Source of the DNA: Deltaproteobacteria bacterium | GTDB lineage: Bacteria > Desulfobacterota > Binatia > UBA9968 | Assembly (NCBI GenBank): GCA_030688735.1 | Contig: JAUYJC010000602.1 | Coordinates: 1 to 62,547, forward strand | Length of the DNA: 62,547 bases | Reading direction: 5' to 3' | Notes under the pieces: model-generated | What the model was told of the DNA's origin: nothing | Databases searched by the model: none | The model's input: the letters and a program-made list of their open reading frames with translations, nothing else | Translations under genes and position numbers: made by a program | Shown here: one piece after another, positions 39,499-47,228 of the stretch | Numbering within the stretch: the stretch's first letter is position 1 | Layout of the letters: every line of letters starts with the position of its first letter

Positions 39499-42400
39499 AT
39501 GAACGGCAAGTCGGTTCCCCTCGGCCTCACGCAACTATCCTCCTTGGCCTCGCGGGTTACCCTGTTTTTAAACAAGCGCCGGCTGAAGGTTTGGCTTTGG
39601 TGGCTAGTCGCGTTTTTAATCCTGGCCGCCCTGGTCCTTGTCGAGATTCACACGTCGGTCCTGCAATCCTGGATTTTCACCCGCGTCAATGATGAAGTCT
39701 CTTATAAGCTCGCGGCGGGGGCAAGTTCGAGCATTGCCTTTCCGCGGGCGGGTCCCTTTGACGATCGCCGCGGGTACCCTAGGATCCCCGCCTTCCGAGC
39801 GAGACTTCAGACTCAGGGCTACCGCCTAACGCAACAAACACGCCAATCCGAAACGTTGCTCGATTTGATCCGCCGCGGCGTTTCGCCTCCCTACGACGAA
39901 CGGCCCGGGGCGGGCATCGATATTCGCGGTTTCGACGGCACGCCTTTGTTTCGATACGCGCAGTCGGAGTTTCTCTTCGAAAAAATCGACGATATTCCAC
40001 CACTGCTGGTCAAGACTCTGTTGTTTTTGGAAAACCGCAATCTCGGCCGTCCGAGCACGTCGTGGCAAAACCCGGCCATCGAATGGGAACGGCTTTTCAA
40101 GGCCGGGCTGCTTTACGTCAGCTCCAAGCTTTACCTTCCCGTCTCTGTTCAAGGCGGCAGCACTCTGGCCGTGCAGTTGGAGAAATTTCGCCACTCGCCG
40201 AATGGCCGCACGGATACGCCGGCGGAAAAGTTGCGTCAAGTGGTCGGCGCGAGCCTAAAAGCCTACCGCGCGGGCAAGAACACGCGCGCCTGGCGCGAAC
40301 GGATCATCGTCGATTACCTCAATACCGTACCCCTGGCGGCGGCGCCTGGCTACGGCGAGATCCACGGCTTGGGCGAAGGTCTGCACGCCTGGTTCGGCAT
40401 GCCGCTCCCGGCGGTCGTCGCGGCGCTCAACACACCCACGATGACGCCCGCGAAAGTGCGCGCCTTTAAACATGTCCTGACTTTGCTGATCTCGGTGCGC
40501 GCGCCGTCGGTGTTTCTCAGCGAAGAGCGCGCGTCGCTGGATCAAAAAGTGACGCGGTTCATCGGTCTCATGACCAAGCGGCGGATCATCGATGAGGAGA
40601 TGGCCAAGGCGCTACGGCAAACGCCCGTTGAGTTTTTGCCCGCCGCGCCGCTGCCACCCCAGCCTTCCTCAGGCAAGAACAAGGCGGCCAACGCCATCCG
40701 CGTGGCAATGATGGAGAATCTCGGTGTCACCAACTTGTATGACCTCAATCGCCTCCATGTTGACGTCCAGAGCACCATCGACGTCGAGCTGCAAAAGAAA
40801 ATAACCGACTTTCTGCACAGCCTTACCGATCCGGAAGTGATCCAAGCCAAGGGGCTCAATGGCGAGCGGCTGCTCCAGAACGCCGACCCGGCGAAGGTGA
40901 TCTATTCCTTTCTCCTGGTGGAGCCTATGGCGGAAGGAAATTTCGTGCGCGTCCAGGCCGACAATCTCGCCGCGCCCTTCGATTTCAACAAGAGCGTCAA
41001 GTTAGAGCTCGGCAGCACGGCCAAACTGCGCACACTGACCCATTATCTCGAAGTCATAGCGGAGCTGCACAAAGGACTTGGACAGGCAAGCGATGCGGAA
41101 GTGAACAAGCAAATCGCCGGCGCTCGCGACCCGCTCACCCGCTGGGCCGGCGAAGTCTTGCGCAACGAGAAAAATCTCGCCCTCGAGCCGTTCCTGGAGC
41201 GCGCTCTGGAGCGCCGTTACTCCGCCGACCCGAGCGAGACGTTTTTTACCGGCGGGGGCGTGCACCATTTCGAAAACTTCGAGCGCGAAGAGAATAGCCG
41301 CGTGCCGACGTTGCGCGAGGCCCTGCGCAATTCGACCAACTTGGCTTTCATCCGCCTGATGCGCGACCTCGTCGCTTATCACCGCGCCCGGTTGGCCTAC
41401 AATTCGAACGAAGTGCTTTCCGACCCCGGCCACCCCGAGCGCAAACGGCTGCTCCAGGAGATCGTCGAAGAAGAGTCCTTGCCGGTGCTCCGCCGGGCGT
41501 ACCAGAATTACCGCGGGCAAACTCGCGAGGAGTTGCCGAACCGTCTGATTGGGACGAAAGCCAACGCCAACCGCCGGCTGGCGATTGTCTTTTTTGCCTG
41601 GGCGATCGGCAACGATGAAAAAACCCTGGCCGACTGGCTGGCGCAAAACGGCGCGCCCGCCACCGCGGAGGAGGTCGCGAAACTGTTCCGTGCCTACCGG
41701 AGTTCCCGGCTCAATCTGGCGGATTACGCTTACCTGCTGTCGGTCCATCCGCTCGATCTTTGGTGTGCCGGCGAGCTTTACAAAAACGCCAAGCTTTCTT
41801 GGCAGGATATCTTCGCTCGCAGCCGCGAAGCCCGCCGTGTGGGCTCGGCATGGCTGCTCAACCCGCGCAACCGCCGGGCCCAGGACCTTCGCCTGCGCAT
41901 TCGTTTAGAGAAAGACGCCTTCGCTCGCATGACTCCTTACTGGCAACGGCTGGGATTCCCGTTCAAGACGATGGTGCCATCCTATGCAACGGCCATCGGG
42001 GTGTCATCCGACCGGCCCGTGGCGTTGGCCGAGCTCGTCGGCATTCTGGTCAACGACGGGGTACGCCGCCACGCGACCAGCCTGACCCAAATCCATTTCG
42101 CCCGCGCCACCCCGTATGAAACAGTCTTTGAGCGTACGACCGACAAAGGAGAGCAGGTCTTGGCCCCGGAAGTGGCGCGTACTATGCGCAAGGCGATGGC
42201 CGAGGTGGTCGAACAGGGAACCGCGCGGCGCCTCAGCGGAGTCTTTAAGCTGGCGGACGGCAAAAGCATTAGCGTCGGCGGCAAAACCGGCTCCGGCGAT
42301 AATCGCTTCCAAACTTTCAATCGCGCCGGCGACGTCGTCACCTCCCGCGCCACCAACCGCACCGCGGCCTTCATCTTTTACATCGGCGATCGCTACTACG

Positions 42401-42606
42401 GCGTGGTCACCGCCTTCGTCCAGGGACGCGAAGCCGAGAACTACCACTTTACCAGCGCTTTGCCGGTGACGGTCCTCAAGCTGCTGGCGCCGACGATCAT
42501 CGCCAGCCTCGACAGGAGCGCAACACCGACGTCACCCACCGCTCCGAGCAAAGAGAATCAGGCCGGTGTCACATCGGGCCAGTTCAAGTCTGTAGCATTT
42601 CGATGA
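39499..42606 (+). CDS. Large bifunctional transglycosylase/transpeptidase (atypical class A PBP)
   Basis: N-terminal TM; GT51-like LENR and QGGSTLAVQLEK; STAK, STN and KTGSG transpeptidase motifs; start uncertain. Confidence 0.85.
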   Translation: MNGKSVPLGLTQLSSLASRVTLFLNKRRLKVWLWWLVAFLILAALVLVEIHTSVLQSWIFTRVNDEVSYKLAAGASSSIAFPRAGPFDDRRGYPRIPAFRARLQTQGYRLTQQTRQSETLLDLIRRGVSPPYDERPGAGIDIRGFDGTPLFRYAQSEFLFEKIDDIPPLLVKTLLFLENRNLGRPSTSWQNPAIEWERLFKAGLLYVSSKLYLPVSVQGGSTLAVQLEKFRHSPNGRTDTPAEKLRQVVGASLKAYRAGKNTRAWRERIIVDYLNTVPLAAAPGYGEIHGLGEGLHAWFGMPLPAVVAALNTPTMTPAKVRAFKHVLTLLISVRAPSVFLSEERASLDQKVTRFIGLMTKRRIIDEEMAKALRQTPVEFLPAAPLPPQPSSGKNKAANAIRVAMMENLGVTNLYDLNRLHVDVQSTIDVELQKKITDFLHSLTDPEVIQAKGLNGERLLQNADPAKVIYSFLLVEPMAEGNFVRVQADNLAAPFDFNKSVKLELGSTAKLRTLTHYLEVIAELHKGLGQASDAEVNKQIAGARDPLTRWAGEVLRNEKNLALEPFLERALERRYSADPSETFFTGGGVHHFENFEREENSRVPTLREALRNSTNLAFIRLMRDLVAYHRARLAYNSNEVLSDPGHPERKRLLQEIVEEESLPVLRRAYQNYRGQTREELPNRLIGTKANANRRLAIVFFAWAIGNDEKTLADWLAQNGAPATAEEVAKLFRAYRSSRLNLADYAYLLSVHPLDLWCAGELYKNAKLSWQDIFARSREARRVGSAWLLNPRNRRAQDLRLRIRLEKDAFARMTPYWQRLGFPFKTMVPSYATAIGVSSDRPVALAELVGILVNDGVRRHATSLTQIHFARATPYETVFERTTDKGEQVLAPEVARTMRKAMAEVVEQGTARRLSGVFKLADGKSISVGGKTGSGDNRFQTFNRAGDVVTSRATNRTAAFIFYIGDRYYGVVTAFVQGREAENYHFTSALPVTVLKLLAPTIIASLDRSATPTSPTAPSKENQAGVTSGQFKSVAFR

Positions 42607-42669
42607 GGGCTTCCATGGGAGAGTTTGAGAGATAGCACCCCACACCACTTCCGGATCGTTCAGGGCAGT

Positions 42670-42754
42670 CAAGTGATAGGATGGATCGAAAGTAATCACT
42701 TTTATTTCTTTGCTGGGAGGCTGGCTTTCAGGAGGGGCCTGAGATTCTTCCCAT
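42670..42754 (+). repeat. Spacer unit copy A (internally deleted: R1 start plus R2)
   Basis: CAAGTGATAGGA matches 45497-45508; 42684-42754 aligns colinearly with 43743-43813. Confidence 0.65.
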
Positions 42755-42787
42755 CCCCTTATTTTTGATCCCGCGCCGGCGACCGAT

Positions 42788-43174
42788 TTACCATTTCAGA
42801 GCACGCGCCTTTTTGATGTGCGCCTGGTAGTAGCTCATTCCGATGTTACGGACGCGCACAACTCTACCCATCCGCTGCACCTGCGAGCGAAAGGCCCTGC
42901 ACCGCAAGAAGCGGCGGATGAACTCGGCAGCTTCGTCAAAAGCGACGTCAAGATACACCAGGCAGTATCCCCGGTGGCACAGGTCGGCTTTGTAAAAATC
43001 GTGATCGCGGGTGAAGAAGGTTTGGCGGCGCAAAGTGTGTAAGAGCGGAATAATCTCACCGCGGTCTTTCATTCCCGCTCGTCCGAGATCTCCGCCAATA
43101 CTTCGAAAACGAACCTTCCACGATCGGAGTAGTAGGCGTTGCGTAGCGACGATGTTCTCATCAAGGATATTCAC
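42788..43174 (-). CDS. PIN-like (VapC45/DUF5615-type) toxin
   Basis: GTG start overlapping the antitoxin stop; ILDENI, G.KD.EII and FFTRD.DF acidic PIN motifs. Confidence 0.75.
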   Translation of the reverse strand: MNILDENIVATQRLLLRSWKVRFRSIGGDLGRAGMKDRGEIIPLLHTLRRQTFFTRDHDFYKADLCHRGYCLVYLDVAFDEAAEFIRRFLRCRAFRSQVQRMGRVVRVRNIGMSYYQAHIKKARALKW

Positions 43175-43425
43175 GCCGCGCGCCGTGGCTTGTCGCTCTT
43201 TTCGGTTAGAGCCTTTGAAGCTAAAGCGATCGCTTCGGCGATAGCCGCGTGACTCAGGCGGCCATCGAATTCGGTAGAGATGCGATCCCAATTGTAGCCT
43301 TTGGCGAGCATCGCCAGAACATCTTTGACAAAGATGCGTGTGCCTTTGAACGTCAACTGCCCACCACAAATCTCGGGGTCAGCAACTACATACCGTCCGA
43401 GTTCTTTGCGTTTACGTGCTTTCAT
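43171..43425 (-). CDS. DUF433 antitoxin
   Basis: DPEICGGQLTFKGTRIFV.DVL.MLA.G motif. Confidence 0.88.
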   Translation of the reverse strand: MKARKRKELGRYVVADPEICGGQLTFKGTRIFVKDVLAMLAKGYNWDRISTEFDGRLSHAAIAEAIALASKALTEKSDKPRRAA

Positions 43426-43490
43426 AGCGTGCTCCGGGTCTGTCCGATGTATCGAATCTTCGCATACTCTATTGGGCTAGGCAAATCGAG

Positions 43491-43813
43491 AGTGATGGCA
43501 ATTTGCTCTGAAATTCCGCCACCGAGGACTCAAAAAATTCCGCCAACAATGGCGCGCCAACTCGACTTTAAGAGACCAAAGGAGCGGCCGGAAAGAGCGA
43601 ACCGGCCTCGGACCCCCTATCTCGGGCAAAACACTATCCAATGAGAGTGTCTTATCTCAACTTCATCCCGATTTGCGGGTAGGGCTCGACAACTGCCCCC
43701 CGATTGCGGTATGAGGCTTTTGAAATACCTGGCTGTTGGACAGATCGAAGGTAATCTCTTTTATTTCTTTTCTGGCAGGCTCGCATTGAGGCGGGGCCTG
43801 GGATTGTTCCCAT
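43491..43813 (+). repeat. Spacer unit copy B (full R1+R2)
   Basis: 43491-43732 aligns with 45499-45911 once the MITE is removed; 43743-43813 aligns with 42684-42754. Confidence 0.85.
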
Positions 43814-43855
43814 AGAGACAGGTGTTAAAGATTCTTTTTAATTTAATCTCTCGGG

Positions 43856-43940
43856 GTCAATTCCCCGCAGCTGGCTGCGCTTGGGATTCTCCGAGTCTTT
43901 TGGATTTTGATACCCCGCAGCTTGCTGCGGGGTAGTTCAT
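43856..43940. mobile_element. IS200/IS605-family non-autonomous remnant (PATE-like)
   Basis: GTCAATTCCCCGCAGCTGGCTGCG ... TACCCCGCAGCTTGCTGCGGGGTAGTTCAT; two related subterminal hairpins and no ORF. Confidence 0.55.
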
Positions 43941-44013
43941 TGACATCTTTATCTTGTCCACAAAAGTACTACTTGACAGGAAAGATATAGGAGGTCCCGT
44001 TTCTAACTCCGCG

Positions 44014-45207
44014 TCAGAAGGGAAAGTCTCTCAAGTCCCATTTCATGGCGCGCTGCTCCTCGCGATAGGACCGGAGTATCGCCTTTAGCGTTTCAAGCCC
44101 ATCCTTGGACTGGAGGTCACGAATGCTCGCTTCCATGCTGGCGTTGACCTCGTCCATTGCGCGGGCTTCGGCGGGCCCGTTGGTCCGTATAGTGGCACCG
44201 AACGGCCCGTCGATAACGGCGATGGGCTGGTATCGCGGCTGGTACGGGAGTTCGTGAAGTTCCCGTTCTAGGTCTTGAACCTGTTCTTTCAGCGTCTGAT
44301 TGTAGATGGCCAGTTTCTCGTCCGTCAGACGTTCGATGTCGCCTTCTTCACGCTGAATCCATGCCATCTCAAGCCGAAGCAACGTGTGCATGTCGTTGTT
44401 GCGGTAGGCAACGGTGAGTTCCTGCATGAGGACTTCTTTTTGCCCCCTGCGCGCGGCATCGAGTTCCAGATCGGGATGCAGGACCTTGGCAAGCTGCTTG
44501 TAGACTCTCGCAATCGTCTTTTTACGGAGTTCCTCGGCCTGTCTCTCGCGTTCTTCCTTTTCCATCTGGCGTTGAGTCTTGCGGCGCGGCTGGCTGGACG
44601 ACTGCCATTTTTCTTCGCTCTGCCGGAAACGATTCGCCATTTCGGCGGCCTTGGCGGCCATGGTCTCCTCGCTCATTCCGGGCTTGATGTCTGAAAGGTC
44701 GATCTCGATGCCAAGATCGCTAAACACCGTTTCGATTTGCTGGCGCGCCTTCTCGATCTCCTCGCGTTCAAACTCCTCGAAGCCGCGTCCGTGGACGCGC
44801 TCAAACAGCGCCCGAAGGTCACCGTCCGATAATGAGCCCTCCTCGGAAAAGATTCCTTTCAGCTGGTTTGCGATGACCTGGCGCAGCGTTGAACGCGCGC
44901 TTTTCGCCTTCACTCGCTTATCGTCCAGGAAGGCCGCGAGCGCCCGCGCGAGTTCCTTACGCAATTCCGTTTGACGCCGCAGTCGCGGATGAAGGTGTTC
45001 GCCGTAATAGGCAAGAGCATCGTCGAACAGCCGGGTCTCGCGCTCGATTTTCAACCGGAGCGTTTCGATCCTTGCGACCAGACGATTGAAAGTCTGCTGG
45101 GCCTTCGTCAGCGGCCGGCTGTGCCGCGAAACTAACGTTAGGCCCGCGGCCTCTGGTTCCTGGCGCCCCACGCTGTCCTCGAATAACGAAATCTGTTCGC
45201 TCGCCAT
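44014..45207 (-). CDS. Coiled-coil protein with a J-domain-like HPD segment
   Basis: IARVYKQLAKVLHPDLE...MQELTVAY in the C-terminal half; largely helical sequence. Confidence 0.75.
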   Translation of the reverse strand: MASEQISLFEDSVGRQEPEAAGLTLVSRHSRPLTKAQQTFNRLVARIETLRLKIERETRLFDDALAYYGEHLHPRLRRQTELRKELARALAAFLDDKRVKAKSARSTLRQVIANQLKGIFSEEGSLSDGDLRALFERVHGRGFEEFEREEIEKARQQIETVFSDLGIEIDLSDIKPGMSEETMAAKAAEMANRFRQSEEKWQSSSQPRRKTQRQMEKEERERQAEELRKKTIARVYKQLAKVLHPDLELDAARRGQKEVLMQELTVAYRNNDMHTLLRLEMAWIQREEGDIERLTDEKLAIYNQTLKEQVQDLERELHELPYQPRYQPIAVIDGPFGATIRTNGPAEARAMDEVNASMEASIRDLQSKDGLETLKAILRSYREEQRAMKWDLRDFPF

Positions 45208-45496
45208 CGCCATCTCCCATTCAGTTCAATCTGTTTGGATATCGTGCATCGCGCCGGGGCACAGGTGTGGTCGGGGAGTGTAAAGGGTTCCGCACACGAA
45301 ACATTCCTTCGCTGCGCTCAGCCAGTGTCAGTGGAGCGTATCTCATACCTAGGAATCAATAACCACGATTAGAACCCCGTGCTAATTAGGCCACATTTCG
45401 CGCGGCTCGAATTCAGCGCTAGTATAATTTGGCTCAGGACTACTTCTCTCTGAAATGAACCAAAAACGGGCCGCAGTGCCGAACACTGCCGACCAC

Positions 45497-45911
45497 CAAG
45501 TGATAGGAATTTGCTTTGAAGTTCCGCCACCGAGGACTCAAAAAATTCCGCCAACAATGGCTCGCCAACTCGACTTTAAGAGCCCAAAGGCGCCGTCGGA
45601 AAGAGCGAACCGGCCTCGGACCCCTATCTCGAGCGAAACACTATCCAAAAGTATTTGAAATTCGGAAACGAAGAAGAGATCGGAAAAACCATGTTTCCCG
45701 CAAAGACGCGAAGTTCAGAGAATTGAAAAGACATTTTTAACTTTGCGCCTTGGCGCCTTGGCGGGATAAATTTTCCTGGAGTCGCTCTGTTCAACATTTC
45801 CTAGGTAAGTATCTATCCGATACGAGTGTCCTATGTCAACTTCACCCCGATTTGCGGGTAGGGCTGGGCACCTGCCCCCCGATTGCGGTATGAGGCTTTT
45901 AAAATTCTTGG
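45497..45911 (+). repeat. Spacer unit copy C (R1 interrupted by the MITE)
   Basis: Shares TTCCGCCACCGAGGACTCAAAAAATTCCGCCAACAATGG and CCCGATTTGCGGGTAGGGCT...CCCCGATTGCGGTATGAGGCTTTT with copy B. Confidence 0.85.
45641..45812 (+). mobile_element. About 172-bp MITE-like element (copy 2) with a CTATCC duplication
   Basis: Absent from the paralogous site in copy B (ACACTATCCAATGAGAGTGTC); CTATCC occurs at both 45641 and 45813. Confidence 0.75.
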
Positions 45912-45931
45912 GATACCGAGCGCAGCGAGGA

Positions 45932-46618
45932 TCAGGTTCCTCGTCGATTGCCGAACAAATCGATATGCAGCCGCGGGGTAAACCCGTAACCATGTTCTTT
46001 GCACAGCGCCACGATCCAACTCGCCTTACGCCGCAACGCCGCCGTCGTCGTCCCTTGCGCCATGACCATAACCCGCGCGGGGTCCACCCCGTCAAGCCGG
46101 TCGAGGAGATTGCGAATCTCCGTGAAATCTTGCCGCTGCTCCGCGACAAATTTTAGCTGGTAATCGTAGCCGTCTAGAAACTCTTGCATCACGCCGAAGT
46201 TCAGCCGCCGCGCTTCGTGCATCTTGGCGAATTTCCCCTTCTCTCTTTTCCAGGGTGTGGAATTGGCGAGCTTCGGGCTCATTGAAATCAAATCACAGGC
46301 GACCGGCTTAAAAATGGTCGACGCGGTTTCGATCGTGATATGAGCGCCGGTTCGTTTTAGTGCTTTCATCAGCTCCACGATCTCAGGGGCCAGCAGCGGC
46401 TCGCCGCCGGTGACTACGATATGCCGAGCCGGATACTTCTGAACCTCTCGCAGAATCTCTGCAACGCTCCGCTCCCGCCCTTGCGGCCGCCATGAGGTGT
46501 AGGGGGTATCGCACCAAACGCAGCGCAGGTTGCAACCGGAAGTCCGGATAAATACCGAAGGCATGCCGAGGAGCCGGCCTTCACCCTGGATGGAATAGAA
46601 GATTTCCGAAATGCGCAC
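45932..46618 (-). CDS. queE: 7-carboxy-7-deazaguanine synthase (radical SAM)
   Basis: EIFYSIQGEG, GCNLRCVWCDT, TGGEP, SPKL, PRLHI; GTG start at 46618. Confidence 0.92.
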   Translation of the reverse strand: MRISEIFYSIQGEGRLLGMPSVFIRTSGCNLRCVWCDTPYTSWRPQGRERSVAEILREVQKYPARHIVVTGGEPLLAPEIVELMKALKRTGAHITIETASTIFKPVACDLISMSPKLANSTPWKREKGKFAKMHEARRLNFGVMQEFLDGYDYQLKFVAEQRQDFTEIRNLLDRLDGVDPARVMVMAQGTTTAALRRKASWIVALCKEHGYGFTPRLHIDLFGNRRGT

Positions 46619-46674
46619 GCTAGGACAGTAACAAAGACATCGGCCGCACGAAAGCGTGCTGCGGGGGGTTCCAT

Positions 46675-46747
46675 GTTCAAAGTTCAACGTTCATAGTTCC
46701 GGGTTTGAATCCGAAAACCTTGAACCTGGAACATTGAACTTTGAACC
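46675..46747. repeat. Inverted heptamer tandem repeat (GTTCAAn-type)
   Basis: GTTCAAA GTTCAAC GTTCATA GTTCCGG ... CTTGAAC CTGGAAC ATTGAAC TTTGAAC. Confidence 0.75.
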
Positions 46748-46967
46748 GGCGCGGTTACGCGCGGGACTTTGAACCCACGGTAAATTTGTTCTCTCCATAA
46801 CCAATTGATTGTCGTGTTTTCCAAAAGGTGGGCCATCGTTGATTTTTCAAACAAATTCGCGAGAACAAATTCACCCTGCTTTGAACCCCTTATGTTTGAT
46901 TCACCTGTTTCGTATGTTAGATGTTAAAGGTTGGCGCAGCGGAAGGACTGCCGCGCCACTACCAAGG

Positions 46968-47219
46968 ATGATCCTCATGACCGCGAACAAGGAAGCATTG
47001 CTCGCCGAAGAGCGTAAGCTGCGCAGGTTGCGCCGGGCGATGGATGTCACCGCGACGCTGCTCCGGCAGGTGGATCTCTCGCTGGAGGAAGCGCAAGACG
47101 TCGTGAGCCACGCCAAGCAGACCGCCCTACAGCTCTTTCCCGATAAAGAAGAGACCTTCGATTTGATCTACGGCCCGCGCTTCCGCCGGATTCTCGTGGA
47201 AAAATACCAGCTTCAGTAA
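46968..47219 (+). CDS. Small helical hypothetical protein directly upstream of uvrA
   Basis: EERKLRRLRR...ALQLFPDKEETFDLIYGPRFRRIL; GC-rich codon usage; ends 9 bp before uvrA. Confidence 0.7.
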   Translation: MILMTANKEALLAEERKLRRLRRAMDVTATLLRQVDLSLEEAQDVVSHAKQTALQLFPDKEETFDLIYGPRFRRILVEKYQLQ

Positions 47220-47228
47220 ATCGCCGCG

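Noticed and set aside
43249-45740. ORFs 43249-43644, 45455-45658 and 45516-45740 as paralogous genes
   Set aside because: Their similarity comes from the repeated spacer unit, and the frames are not conserved between copies
31874-46618. folE + queE + a DGQHR-like fragment as a 7-deazaguanine DNA modification (dpd) system
   Set aside because: The genes are kilobases apart in unrelated contexts and no dpdA/tgt, queC or queD is present; housekeeping folate and queuosine roles suffice
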